Assembly: GCA_964016885.1 (NCBI GenBank)
Contig: OZ024750.1
Span: forward strand, 12,214,001 to 12,278,000
Origin: Eledone cirrhosa
Lineage: Eukaryota
Direction: 5' to 3'
DNA length: 64,000 bases
In this document: piece after piece, positions 13,109 to 28,480 of the stretch
Layout: each line of letters begins with the position of its first letter
How positions within the stretch are numbered: the first letter of the stretch is position 1
Translations under genes and position numbers: made by a program
Notes under the pieces: model-generated
What the model was told of the DNA's origin: nothing
Databases searched by the model: none
What the model saw: only the letters and a program-made list of their open reading frames with translations

Positions 13109-14617
13109 AAATTTTAGGCGGCCATTATGGTTTTAACACCAAACACGTTTTTATATTGGGTGTGCAAGGAGCGGGGTATATTAATCTGTTGAAGATTAAT
13201 GGTAAGGAATAGAGCAAGGGTGTTAAGGACCAATTGAGTGGGCAATAATTTTGACGATATTTACTTTGGTTTCGATAGGATCTAGGTTCTTTACTTTCTA
13301 AACTTCGCTAGTGGTGGGGATGTTAGGAGCAAGTTAGCAACCAATACCTTTCTCTCCCTTAAAGGTATTGTCATTGTGTGTTGAGCCGAAAGTAACAATA
13401 ACAAGCAAATTAGCTTGACATCGGAACCAATTCAATTGAAAACAATTTATATAGTCATTCATTGAATTAGATGAATACTGGCAAGGGACTCTTGGTTTCT
13501 CTGTTAGACAATAGTCATTTCAAACGACGTTACTGTCACTCATCAACCAATGTCATCTCTCTCTTTCTCTTTCTTCAAGAACCACAAACGGGCTACATGA
13601 CTGTCAGTTTACGTGTCACTCACGATGGAAGTTTGAAAGTAACAAACAATTCAGATTATATATTATATACATATGTGTGTATGTGTAGTCGATCACAACA
13701 ATACGAGACTCACTTCTGATTTATATAGTTGTAACTTTGATAGGTTTCGGCCAGTATTGGCCCAGGCCATGTCTAATTTAATAGCACCACCTGTATGTGG
13801 TTATTTATTATTATTATCTTTTATTTGTTTTGTTTTGCTCAACATTTATAGAAGTACTAAATAAGAACCATAGTCTTCTACAAAATTTTAGAAGTCTATT
13901 ATGTAAATTCTGACTCTTCAGACATTGAGAATAGATAAATTAACTAAGATATTGAACTAATAATGATTTCTCAATCACTGGGGATTATGGAAATTGTCCT
14001 TTACATACATAAACGAGAAAAAGTATTAAGCAACGAAAAGTGGTTTGAACTGAGGAAAGAAACCGGTTTTTGTACTCGGTTTATGTAGTCGATTTTTCGA
14101 AAACCTATCCATGCAGCAAAATAAAAGATGGGGAAATCGGTAGAGAGAATAAACAAATAAGGCAAAATCCTCAATTCGACGTTGTAACGACTCTGCCAAT
14201 TCGCTACCTTCATCATTCCCAGATTAGGCAATTTAAAATAATGATATGGGAAAATTCCCCAAAGATGCTTTCTACGTGGAAAGCATATATTTACGTGCAT
14301 GTTAACATAATTGTACTGAGCCTCACTCGAAATATGTTTAATCAATTAAATATACAGACGTCACTGTATGTTACTAATAAATAAAATAATGTTGAGTATT
14401 TTTTATTATTTTTTCTCTTGTTGACAGTAATGAACATATTAGTCTGTATAATTCTTTTCTTCTTTTTGTTGGACAGTATTTGCAAGTTTGCAAGTAAATC
14501 TAATGAAAAGTATTAGTATTGACTCTCTCATTAAGTTCCATTTTTACTCCCCTATTTTTTTAGACATGTTCCACCGTCTAGCCTTGATTATTTTTATTAT
14601 CCATGTATGTATGTATG

Positions 14618-14653
<36 letters not shown>

Positions 14654-14804
14654 GTAGCAACGGATGCATATATGTGTGTTTCTACGGAACAATATAAGTA
14701 TTCGTTGCAAGGGGCACCCAATGACACTACCCTTTCAGTAAAAGAATTATATTTTTTATTGTTTGCGACAAATCCCTGTTTGAAATATGTCTTTCTTTCC
14801 TTTT

Positions 14805-15004
14805 NNNNNNNNNNNNNNNNNNNNNNNNNNNNNNNNNNNNNNNNNNNNNNNNNNNNNNNNNNNNNNNNNNNNNNNNNNNNNNNNNNNNNNNNNNNNNNNN
14901 NNNNNNNNNNNNNNNNNNNNNNNNNNNNNNNNNNNNNNNNNNNNNNNNNNNNNNNNNNNNNNNNNNNNNNNNNNNNNNNNNNNNNNNNNNNNNNNNNNNN
15001 NNNN
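14805..15004. other. Assembly gap (200 N)
   Basis: Run of n; true length unknown. Confidence 0.99.
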
Positions 15005-15534
15005 CGTTATGTATGTTTATTGTGGTCAGGTTGAAAAATAGAGATAGATTTTTTGGAGAGTTTCTATTGTTAGATGGAATAGCTTCACAGAAAAGAATAT
15101 TACTACAAAATGGTAGTTATCATCAACTTCTTTTAAATGCAGCCAACTGTTTACCGAGCTGTCTGTTGGTTGAGTGGCCATTATAGAGAGACACGTCACC
15201 CTACTGTTCTCTTTGTTGGACCTGGTACGAATTACACGGAAAGTTTTCCCGATAAAACGTCACCATAGATTGATAGTTCATTTTGCAGAGTAGTTCAACA
15301 ATTGATAAATTGTGTTCACAATTGGATCGCAATAATCCAGACTATGAGCCATAAATTCCTTTTCTTCTTTTTTTTTTTATTTTATTTTTTTTTTTTTTGA
15401 TTTGTCACCGAGTATCTTAAAGCGGAACCTTTCATCTACTTACCATTTGGTCTGAATTGCCTACACAAGCAATCATTTGCTTATAAAATGTATCATTACA
15501 CGAGTACCGGAGTGTGTGAGTTTCTGTGTCTGTC

Positions 15535-15582
<48 letters not shown>

Positions 15583-16127
15583 TGCGTACGTACGTACGGA
15601 CACACACACGTACACTGACACACATTATATATATATATATATATTTATATAATATGTGTGAGTGAACGTGTGTGTGTACGTACGCATACAACTTTTGTTT
15701 GCTTGTCAGATTCAACATACCGGCCAATCTATTGTGCGGACTAATTTCTTATGACAAACAAAGATCAGCAACTTTGATTTAAATGTGGTGGTTCCCAGAA
15801 AATAATAATAATAAGAAGAATAAGAAATATTTTAACCACCAACATCAACACCAATAACACTAAAGTTAATATAACAAGGAAAACCTGTTATTCACTTTCA
15901 CGTTCGCTTTGTCTAAAACACTGTTTAAAAGCTGTAGATACTCACACGCACACATATATATACACATACAAACCTCTCTGTGTGTGGGTGTGTGGGTGTG
16001 TGTGTGTATTGGAGAATCCTGTCGCTTAAAAAAATATAAAGTTGACTTTTTGTCTGCCAAATAGATCATTTTAAACTTGTGTAATATTTTCTTCTCTTTC
16101 AATCTCTGCTTGAAGTAGAAAGTTAAC

Positions 16128-16286
16128 AGGTATAGGGGACATGAATAACGATTCCTATTGGTATAGGGGACACGAATAACGACTTTTACAGGTATAGGGG
16201 ACTCAAATAACAACTGTTATTGGTATAGGGGACACGAATAACAACTCTTATAGGTATAGGGGATACGAATAACGACTCTTACAGGT
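16128..16286. repeat. ~30-bp tandem repeat, about 5 copies (ggtataggggacacgaataacgactcttac-like)
   Basis: ggtatagggg recurs near 16129, 16160, 16191, 16222 and 16253. Confidence 0.85.
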
Positions 16287-16682
16287 AAACAATTGTTTAC
16301 TTCGTTTGACAAACATTCTTCATTTTTCTTCTGGAATGTTTTTCCGGAACTCACACCAGCAACTGTAACAATGACCAGTGGCGAGGAAATATTCTGTGTC
16401 ATATCCTCTTCATTTCATTTCATTTCATATATTTGGTAAAGTTTTGGGCTTTTAAAACTTATTGAGACTACTTCGCTTACCAAAACGATCTTATTACTGA
16501 TTTTATCTTAAAACTAATACCTATTCTACAATGTCTATTTGAATCTACGCAAATGTTGTTACCCCAAGAAGCTCGATTGCAACCGCGTAGTTTCTGTTTT
16601 CGATCCTACAGCGCGACATCTTGGTCAAATGTTTCTACAAGAGCTTCATATTGAACAACACCTTGTCAATGGTATTTAGTAC

Positions 16683-16835
16683 ACCGTTTCGACGGCCAGT
16701 TCGGATCTGGCTGTCGAAACGGTCGGAGCTTAACGTCAGAGTCCTGAATCTTTTCATATTACCCATTCTACTACCCCAAGTATTGAGTATTCTGGTGGGT
16801 TTATGGTCTAGCTGGTTTTTACTACAACCTATTTG
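16683..16835 (+). mobile_element. Diverged Family-1 element with a short fold-back
   Basis: accgtttcgacggccag-ttcggat-ctggctgtcgaaacggt followed by the Family-1 body and a TA tract. Confidence 0.7.
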
Positions 16836-19807
16836 ATATATATATATAAACTAATAACCCTTGCAGGATTTCATAATTCGATACTAAAAAGTAGGATTCC
16901 ATTCAAACCTTACGAGGCTAAACTAGCAACTCGAATCCAAAATTAAAATGCTGTCATTGTTTATGTTTTAGTTAATTCTAATCAATATAGAAAATGTTGG
17001 TTCAGTGAATGATCAGTGTAACTCGACTCGGGTGTATCTTTATTTAGTCGTGATGACTTGTGGTATGTAAGGTTGTTGAACCAGTAAACATATCGCTACA
17101 GATTTCTCTGAAACTTAACCCAAATATTATATAGTATATATTTCAATTTTCCTGTGCTAAAAAGAACTCACTCATAGGTGTTCACTTGAAAGATAATCAC
17201 ACAGTAACAAACAACAATGCACGTGAATAGATATCTCTATTCACGTGCATTTCAATTTTCTGACCAGATGTGCGGTATGTGTGGATATTTATAAATATTC
17301 TAATATGTATATTCGATGATGAATACACAATTATGTTAATAGCAAATGCTCTAGGTCCACCATAAGATAAAACAGGGTCTCGACTCCTCTGAATAACACG
17401 TTGGGTGGCTGTTTGTTATATTAGTGAAGGCATGTGTCCGTATCTTTCTTTTCCCAGTTCGTGACTTGTATCAACCCGCAGCCATTGATTTCAAGCTTGG
17501 CTACTTACACGGAGCTAAGTTATAGTTAACTGCAATTTAGGAGTCGCATGTTACCGCCAAAATCATACACACAATCACAACAACAACAAACGACCATCGC
17601 CACCACAAACAACAAAAACTAAAAATCTAGTCTAAATGCGAACAATAAATTCAGATATGAATCGTGATGAATTGCTATCTCAGGTATGTATAAATCAAAC
17701 ATACCTGAGGTAAATAATACCTGAATAATGTATCCACTTAGTAATAAGGATATTTTATAACAAATGGTCAATTTAATAGTCTAGTTACACGCTAAAAAAG
17801 GGTTAAAACCAAAGAATGTAAAACTTGTAATATTTGAAATACCTAAAGATTTCAATATGTTTCATGAGATCAGTTGAAGTAAAAGGTGTGGGAATTTCTC
17901 ACAAGACTAACATTCTTCTTCTTTATAACTTAGTCTTGTAGAAACTATTAGTGTGAACTGTTTAATTACCATGTCCATCGCTTTAATAATATGTTTAGAT
18001 AAAAACTGCTTTATTCACAATTCCATTTACTCTAAATTTACTATAAAATATGACAATTGTTTCGGGAGAGAATATGTTTAGCTTTGACGCTTATGTTTTT
18101 GTTAATGTATTCATAATAAATAAAATACAATAGTTCCAACTAAGTATCAAAGATTCGGAGCTGAACTCAATTATATTGTATTTGCCAATGTTTCATAAAG
18201 TAATTAACTTTAACATATATCTCATAATAATCGAACAGGTTGAGCATTAAAACCCTAGCGATAGAAAGCGTAGGGGTTGCCCAAACTCTTCGACTATTTT
18301 TCGTAGTGAAAAAGAAAGAAACGAATAAACCCCATTGAGCTGGAACAGCTTCCTTTAAGCTAAAATACTTTTAAAAATTAAAAATTTGCTCGACGCTTCT
18401 TAAATACGATTGTGTCTTCGAAAAATATATGCTTTATGATGGACCAATTTGTGAAAGTGATATAATGCATGTCTTCTTTTAATCGAAATACTTCTTTTAT
18501 CAAACCTGCTATGATCCAAAGTTATTTAAATCTGAAAAATGCGAGCCTGGAACTCTGAGTTAGTATCCATTATACTGTTCAGTCAATTCGCTAAGATGTA
18601 TAATAGTCAATACTCATCTACCGGTTAGCCTTGGTCGAGCTGCTCAATGAACAAAGTCAGTCTATGTACAGATATTTTTCTGGCATAGTTATTTATCTTA
18701 ACCTATTTTATCGAATATAATCCTCTCCATTTTCTTTTTAAATATGGTAGTGTGGTTTGAGAGAGATCTGGTTAATTTCCTAGCAGGCTAATCGACCACG
18801 TAGACTTTTTCGTTGGCTCACACTGTGTGGTTAAGTTTCAGTAGTAAATGAATACACTATTGGCAAATCCAGATAATTTTGTTTTATTTTAGCTATTCTA
18901 TTCTAGCTAAACATAAAGGGTGGGATTTGATGCAGACTTTGGCTGATGTTTCTAACAGAGCAAAGCGACTACATTTTATCAATTGGCATAATTAAGCTTG
19001 AGTATAAAAATACATTCCCGAGTTAATTGTTGCTTCAAGGAAAATGGAGTTGACACTGACTGTAAAACGAAAAGAGCGGTATAGTTTGTTTCATTTGTAT
19101 AATCTGCAGGAAGGCTAAAACGAATCGTTTTCTTTTCTGTTTCTAAACAAACTAAATCTACCAGACTTCGAAGTAAGATTCATTTACCTACAATTGACCT
19201 CAACCATTAAAGTATCTGTAAATAAAGCTAATCTATGTATATGTAAAATATAGTAAATTTGTTATCATAACAGCAATAGCAGGATTATCTAGACAGAATA
19301 ATTACTAAAATACTTAGTGATAACGTGTTTGACTCTGATAGAAAGAGTTTAGGTATTAGCGATGAACGGAAGTTTAACAACTGATCTGGATGAGGATTAA
19401 AACTGTCACATAGCCTTTATTTCCGGTCAAATATTTGATGTAATGTTGGGAGAGGCCAAAAGATGTTCACACGACTTATCATGTAAACTATATTTGTTAT
19501 TGTTTCTATCTGCCAAATAAAGATAGGGTATTATTGTATCTAACATCATGTAGGATAAAAACTGACAGCATTTGTGTTATGGCAACCCACTTAGACGACA
19601 ATCACTCATACCTCAGACGGCCACTTGAGCAACCACTTAGGATCGCTTACATCAACTTACCCTGTTTTGGCGGGGGGGGGGGGGGGGATCAAATAGTTTG
19701 GTGTGATATGTTATAAATACAAATATGTACATACATATACACACTCGAGCGAACGTTAGCTCGTGCATGTAAAAGAACGGACACACACACACACACACGC
19801 GCGCAAA

Positions 19808-20115
19808 CATCCATGCATACATATACAAAGATGTATTATATAAACTCTCTCACTCTCACACACGAATGTACACACACACACGTACGCCAGCATCCATGCA
19901 TACATATACAAAGATGTATTATATAAACTCTCTCACTCTCACACACGAATGTACACACACACGTACGCCAGCATCCATGCATACATATACAAAGATGTAT
20001 TATATAAACTCTCTCACTCTCACACACGAATGTACACACACACACGTACGCCAGCATCCATGCATACATATACAAAGATGTATTATATAAACTCTTTCAC
20101 TCTCACACACACACA
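19808..20115. repeat. ~82-bp tandem repeat, about 3.7 copies
   Basis: catccatgcatacatatacaaagatgtattatataaactc starts at 19808, 19891, 19972 and 20055. Confidence 0.9.
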
Positions 20116-20460
20116 CACACTTACATATATTCACCTACACATTCTAGAGAACGAGACATGTTTAAATATGTTGGCAAAAGTGACGTTGGCAAGAAGCGAA
20201 GCCAGTATAAATCTAATCAGAGGGGAACGTCTGATGTGTATATTTACAAATTAACCAATTAAAAAGAAAATGTTGTAGTGTGGCTATCTCTTATCTGCTG
20301 AAAATGAATCCAGTGGGCATGTTCACAAGAATTCAGGACGAATCCTCTATTTCTAAAGCTAGATGACTCATCACTAAACGGCAGAAATTTCCTTCATTAG
20401 TCGTCCCAAAACGAAGGCGGAAATATTTAATTTAACTCATGTATTAGTGAATGTCTGAAC

Positions 20461-20681
20461 TATATATATAATATATATATATATAATATATATATAATAT
20501 ATATATATATAATATATATATATAATATATATATATATAATATATATATAATATATATATATATAATATATATATATAATATATATATAATATATATATA
20601 TATAATATATATATATATAATATATATATATAATATATATATATATAATATATATATATAATATATATATATAGTATATAT

Positions 20682-20730
<49 letters not shown>

Positions 20731-20822
20731 TATAATATATATATAATATATATATAATATATATATATATATAATATATATATATAATATATATATATAT
20801 AATATATATATAATATATATAT

Positions 20823-20853
<31 letters not shown>

Positions 20854-21250
20854 ATATATATATAATATATATATATATATAATATATATATATATATAAT
20901 ATATATATATAATATATATATATATAATATATATATATATAATATATATATATATATAATATATATATATATAATATATATATAATATATATAATATATA
21001 TATATATAATATATATATATATATAATATATATATATATATAATATATATATATATATAATATATATATATATATAATATATATATAATATATATATATA
21101 TATAATATATATATAATATATACATATATAATATATATATATATATAATATATATATAATATATACATATATAATATATATATAATATATATATAATATA
21201 TATATAATATATATATAATATATATATATATATATTATATATATATATAT
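20461..21250. repeat. Compound (TA)n microsatellite punctuated by AA
   Basis: Direct reading; source of the spurious minus-strand Y/I ORFs. Confidence 0.97.
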
Positions 21251-21427
21251 AAGTGTATGTATGTATATATATATAGTGCAAATTTGGACGGGAACAAAAC
21301 AGAGAGCCAGACAATATACATATATAAATACATATATATATATATAGTTAATAAATAAAACAAAACACAGGAAGCAAAATTTCAAAGTTATATTAGGTTC
21401 ACGCTTAAAATTAAACACAAATTGCAA

Positions 21428-21460
<33 letters not shown>

Positions 21461-21598
21461 TATTTATATATATATGTAGCAGTTTTTGTTAAATTACATT
21501 TAATTATAAAGTCAAGTATCCTTGTTAATTGTTTCACACAATTAGAGTTTGTGTCTGTCATTGCTGTGGGCAACTCGCCTTCTATATTGCTGTTGTTA

Positions 21599-21844
21599 TA
21601 TAAAAAGTGCTGATTCTAAATCATACTTCTAAAAGTCATTCTTCCTTTATATGAAAAAAATCTTCCTTTTCTCTCATATTTCTCTCTCTCTCTCTCTCTC
21701 GAGAGAGAGATAGAGAGAGAGTGAGAGAGAGAAGACCGATGGGGAAGGCAAGAAAAAAGTGTAAAAATATGAGAGAAAAAGATTTTTTTCATATAAAGGA
21801 AGAATGACTTTTAGAAGTATGATTTAGAATCAGCACTTTTTATA
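21599..21844. mobile_element. Fold-back element with ~80-bp arms around a (CT)n(GA)n centre
   Basis: tataaaaagtgctgattctaaatcatacttc...ctctcatattt is the reverse complement of 21765-21844; right end abuts TA. Confidence 0.75.
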
Positions 21845-21889
21845 TATATAATGTTGACATGCCAACACAAGAGCAAGAATGGAGGGTTC

Positions 21890-21934
<45 letters not shown>

Positions 21935-22046
21935 AACACAAGAGCAAGAATGAAGGGTTCATTCTACTGACATGGCTATACATTTGAGGCTTGTTTGCAT
22001 AATTGCAAACGAATGTTATTATTAATATTCGAAAAACTCAGATTAC

Positions 22047-22107
<61 letters not shown>

Positions 22108-22112
<5 letters not shown>

Positions 22113-22287
22113 GTTTCTCTTTTTGGCAGAAGGCCAGCAATTATCCCAGTGTATTACTGGTACTTTAATTTATGGACCCCGTAAGGATGAAAGACAAAGT
22201 TAACCTCGGCAAGATTTGAACTCGGATCATAAAGGGGCGTAATTCTATGATGCAAAGCATGGAGTCCGATACTGCCAACGCACCGCC

Positions 22288-22290
<3 letters not shown>
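22108..22290 (-). mobile_element. Family-A SINE inside a TA tract
   Basis: aattgtttct..actggtacttt..gatttgaactc..ccgccc. Confidence 0.8.
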
Positions 22291-22320
<30 letters not shown>

Positions 22321-22323
<3 letters not shown>

Positions 22324-22512
22324 CGAAGGAAATGTGGTAAGGAACCAGGTGGACCATAACGCACCAAAGTACTCAATACTTAGGGTAGTAGAGTGGGTAA
22401 TAGGAACGAGTAGGACCCCGACGGCTGAGCTCAAGCTGTTTCGGCGGCTAATTCTGTCCAGAATTAGCCGTCGAAACGGCTTGAGCTCAGCCGTCGGGGT
22501 CCTACTCGTTCC

Positions 22513-22515
<3 letters not shown>
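22321..22515 (-). mobile_element. Family-1 element with fold-back (22400-22456 / 22459-22515)
   Basis: Near-perfect palindrome centred on attctg-tc-cagaat; TA tracts on both sides. Confidence 0.85.
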
Positions 22516-22547
<32 letters not shown>

Positions 22548-22922
22548 CTATTTATCTTTATTTTGTTTATTTATTCTGGGCAAGCCAAACTATTTGGGCG
22601 TTTTCAAAATGATGTGACCTCCAGTGGTGTATAACCATTTCTAATCGGCAACAAAAGGAAATCCATCAGCCGAAATTATTTATTTTTTACCTCGTCTCTC
22701 CATCGTCTGTCGTATAAATAAATAATCAACATCTTTAAACTGTCTGCACTTCAACATAGCTTCTACACTGTAGAATATTATCTACTTATTATCAGCAATA
22801 AATTTATTACTTATCTCATCTGCCATCTTCATCATTTAACAACTAACTATACACTTTTATCATAACTATGTCACTATATTTTCCCCTTTATTACATACAA
22901 GATATTATCACCATATATAATT

Positions 22923-23500
<578 letters not shown>

Positions 23501-24746
23501 TATAATTATGACGATTATGATAATTATTGAAATACCTGAGAAGGGAAATCGCAACTAAATATATTTACCTCTGATTAGAAGTAGTGAAAATAGATATAGT
23601 TTGGTAAATATTATCTTAATAACGATAAAAGTTGTGGGTTAGCAGGAAGCATAGAACGCCCAACTATATGCTGAGTTCAAATGACGCCGGAATCGAATTT
23701 ACCTTTCATTCTTCAGACTTCTTCTTCACCCACTTATTTATGCGAGGGTCACGGGGGGAAGAGTTTCAATCACCCTGTGGTCAACGTTCCCTTTGATTTT
23801 TTTTTTTCTGGGATGATATAGTACCAGACCAATACTATATAGTTGATTCTTCTTCTAACCTCTTTCCACCCCAAATCTCTCTCTGGAAAATATCAGTTGT
23901 GATCATATCTAGCTTCAAACGGGTTCAAATTTTCGAAACACGATGGCAAACCTACTATTTCACCATGGCTCGGAGAAGGAAAGTAGTTATATATGCATAA
24001 CTTTGTGATAGGAGCTCTATGTAAGCATTTTATATCATTATACAGCAGGAAAGGCAATACTCATTCCAGTGTTATGATCTGAATTAGAACGTTTCCTTTC
24101 AATGTTGTTCTCCCGAGTAATGAGAGCTGGTCGTATTATTTCTTTATATTTTCAAACATCCTGTTCAAAACGAGAAAATTAGGAGGAATTTTATTGAGTT
24201 CTACTAAATATACATTCAAGTTTTACAGAAGTATTTTCGATTTCAGAAATTTTGTGTCTGAAACTACTCGTATAATAACGAGCATGGGATGCATTAGCAT
24301 TTCATTTTTGGGTATTGTGCGCAATATATTTCCTCGCGAATTAACTACAGATGAACAACCTGTAATGCGATATTAACATAAACGAAGTCTACTACAATTT
24401 TAACCTCTAAAAGAAACTTTATTATTAAAACCACCTGAATCATCACTGCCACTTGCTCAACAATCACAAAATGTGCGTAGTACATTTTGTATTTACTTAC
24501 AGACATAAATATATACATTTATACAAGTATGTATGCATATAGATAAGTAGGCAGAGGGGTTTCTTTCAATTCGGAACAGAGCTTTAGATTTAAAAGGCCG
24601 GTGTTGTGGAAAAAGGATGAACGTTTTTACTGCGTTAATTATTGTTTAGCCTGAGGTCAGATCTGATCAATCAGACATGATTCAAAGCGTCTTAGCCATA
24701 GCTGTCAGAAATATTTATAAGTACCTATGGTCTACATTATCCAGTG

Positions 24747-25063
24747 CAGGGGCGTGCAACAGGCGGCCCGTGAGCCACAATCCGGCTCGCCAGACCAGTC
24801 AGAGTGGCCCGCGATGACCGTTTTTAATTTTTATCTTGTAGGCTTATTTAGAATTTTTTCGTAACCGTAATACAATTTTCTGTTAGTGACCTATACTAAA
24901 GGGCTTCACTAATAGGGTTATGCGTGTTATAATTCCCCAGTTCCATGTTTTGGAATGAAGTTGTGGTTTTCATTAGATTACATATCTTTGACAGTGACTG
25001 GCCCTAATAGCAGTTCCAATGTTCAAAAAGTGGCCCGCCAATGGAATATGTTGCACACCCCTG
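24747..25063. mobile_element. hAT-Charlie-like MITE
   Basis: CAGGGGCGTGCAAC ... GTTGCACACCCCTG TIRs, GGCCCG subterminal motifs, degenerate 8-bp TSD atccagtg/atctaatg. Confidence 0.8.
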
Positions 25064-28000
25064 ATCTAATGTATCTTTTCCTCATTTAAGATGTTAGGGT
25101 GTGATTTGACTGTTATTTCTCATATGTCAAACGACCATGTAGAGGCTTCATCCTAGTTAGTGGCAGAGTTAATAACTTTGAATGTAGAACATCTCAGATG
25201 TAAACAGTCAGATTATCGTAAGGTAAACAATGTTTTTCTAAAACAAATAATATACTTTTAGAAGTAATATTGGAAAAGTTGCAATAATACAGAGATCAAG
25301 ATATGAAATCATTCAACTGTAGAATTGTGGTTTCGTATCATCTCAACACGGGATTGCGATTCTAGGTTTTCTTTCTTTTTCTTTTTGTAAATTTTATATT
25401 CCAATTTTATTAAACAGTTGTTTTCATAAACCGAATCGGAAGAAGAGTCTATAATTCTTTCTTTCTTTCGTTTTCCTTCTATATATGTTTATTTATATAT
25501 ATATTTATTTCCGTGTTTCATTTCTGCTTTTTCCCTATATTTTTCTTCCTTCTCCTTCTTTCACAGTTAATATGATGAATACCATGTGCCGTATTCAAGC
25601 AATTGTTTTTCTTTACTTCCATTTTATGTTTAGTATCTCACCTAACGACCACTCATTTTAGACGCAGCCAGGCATAACTTTTGACCCCAAAATTTAGTCT
25701 TCTTCTCAAAATCAGTTCATTTAAGCACCCATATTAAACCTTATCACTGGCTATTTTCCATATTGAGGATTTTTCTCTTCCATATTTTAAAAGCCAACAT
25801 GAAAAAAACAAGCATTATCCCCAATAACTGAAGTAGTAAAACAAGAAAATACAAAGGTTTAAAAATCTGATAAATTAACACACAACAAAACAGGGTTTAG
25901 AATATATACTAAGGAGTGTACGGATTATTGTTATGCCTCTGAAGATAAGCAGACTAGATATTTCTTAAACAAGTTTTTATTGATACTAGCTAGATATCAC
26001 GACATTGGTAACTATGATGATGATGATGATGATGATGAGGGTTTAGTTACAATGTAAATGAGATTCATTTTGCTGTATCAAAGAAATCAATCCGTGAAAA
26101 CTTACTACCAGTTTACTTGCGAATTTATAATCTAGAAATAGTATTATATGAATGAATGGTGGTAGAAGAAATCGTTTGAGACTGAACTCCCATTCAGTCA
26201 TATTCTATTTCACAGTATTATTCATACTACCCGAAACAACTATTTAGTCAGTGATAGAACATCAGTCACGTTTATCGTTAGTTTGACAATCTTACATGAG
26301 ATCTTGTAATAAAGTATGTCTTCTGAAAAATTAGTTAATTTGATGCGCCTTGCTGAATAACTGACTTATAGAAAACAACTCATCGCGCGTTAGGAAGCAA
26401 TAGCTAGTCCGTTAATGGAACTCAGTATTTAATCTCACCCTAACATTCATTTTTATTACTCTGTAACATTTAACCGCACCCTTTATTAATTGAAGAAGAT
26501 ATTGGATAGGGGCTTGAGTGTATGATACCAAGATATTGATATCTATAAGTAGGTGTGTATATAAACTACTTTGTTTTATCACGTCAATATTTAATGTTTG
26601 TACATATCTGAGTTTTAACACTTCGGCAACACCTAAATCTGTTTCAGTTGGACATAGCAAACTATATATTCAATAAAGAACGTATTGGCCCAAACTAACT
26701 CTGGACACAAAGTACTAGACATCAGCATCTTGTCCGTTTATTTTTACGTAATTACATGTTCTATTAGAACTCTGATTATTGATTTCTAACTTAGACACAG
26801 GGCCAATTAATATGGAGGAATGGCAAAGTTGATTAAATCAACCCCAGTAAGGGACTGGTATTTATTTTATCAACCACAGAGGGATGACAGGCAAAGTTGA
26901 CCTCAGCGAGATTTGAACTCAGAAACTACCAAATTACACATCTATTTGGGTATGCGCTACAATTTATGTACATGTTATGTTTATCGCTTATCGAAGTTTT
27001 CTGACCATTTTAGAGTGCATAAATCTAAACTAATCACTACAACTAAATTGTCCAAATTTGGCCGCTCCAATTCAGAAATGCTTCCACTGCCCCTGATATA
27101 TGTATATATGTGTGTGTGCGTTTTATCAAATTCCACTCACAATGCATATATGAGGAATGGACATTTAAGTATCGTTCTGGTAATGTAAACGTTTGTATAT
27201 ATTGAAGAAAAAATATCAATTTGTTTGTGTAACGTCTTTGTAGCGTTGAAAAGAATAGAACAAAAGAAATCGTTAATGAAAAATCACACAGATCGATCAC
27301 AATCCGAATATTGATGGAAAATATTCACAAGTTTATTGTAGTTTTCATTTTAATTATGATGCGTAGATGTTGATTACTTTTACTTAGACATATGGTGAAG
27401 ATTATATGTGAATCAAAACCAGTATATTATATAGGCAGCGAATTGACAAAGTCTTGTGGCATCTGTCCCATTCTCTGCACTAACCCTAACCCTCTGTATT
27501 TTGTGGTCTAAACTCGCCGAGTTTAACTTTGTCTTTCATCCTTTCGAGTTCAATAAAAAAGTACAAATCCAGTACTGGAGTCGATTCTTCTTCTATATCT
27601 CTTTCTTATTTCCTCTTTACAATTCACTTTCTCAGACCTGAAAGACGTCTGCTCTGCTCAGACCTGGAAAGGGGATGGACACCACCAGGTTTTTATTAAA
27701 CAGTTTAGTTAATTTAATGATTAAGATTCAGGCAACAATCTCTAAAGATTCGATTTAGCGACTTAACCGTCATTTGTATGTATACTGTGGTTTACATTGT
27801 AAATATAAGTGTGTCTCGGTTGGAATGTGTACGTGCGCACGCATGTTTTGATAGGAGATGTATTTTTCGTGATCACATGTTTATCTCCAAAGCTAAAACT
27901 CAATGTAATCACTTCACAATTGTTAAACAGGTCCTAAATTGATATTACAATACATCATAATAAGGCTGGCTGGCTTCTCTGATCTGCTTAAATAAAACTG

Positions 28001-28417
28001 TTTATTTTTCTCTCCCTCTCACATCACCCCTTTGCGAATCTTGATCTGGTTTAGTTGCTTAATATGTTTTCTTTCAACTAGACTGGTGAGGCCCCCACCT
28101 TAAACTTCGCATTTGTTTATACAGTTTTGTGGCAATAAATTAGCGAACTCTGAAATATTACTGGGCTTAAATAGCTATGTAAAAGACTTTAAAGGAAAAC
28201 AAACCACGTTTTGTTTTTTGTTTAAGTAATTTTATTATTACTTTTATGTGGTTTACAAGAGAAAAGATCAAACTACACTTTTAATGGATAATGTAAAACT
28301 AGAATTTGGTAGAAAAAAACAACCATTGACAGTACGTAAAACATAGGAAGGAATATTTAAGGACAGGCAAGATTTTATGGTTGATCTAACAGCCACGGAC
28401 ACAACACATGTCTAAAC

Positions 28418-28477
<60 letters not shown>

Positions 28478-28480
<3 letters not shown>

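Noticed and set aside
21520-21565. Hammerhead in the 21.5-21.8 kb fold-back (ACACA/TGTGT-GAAA on - strand); similar partial motif at 1741-1765
   Set aside because: No CUGANGA core and no convincing helix I.
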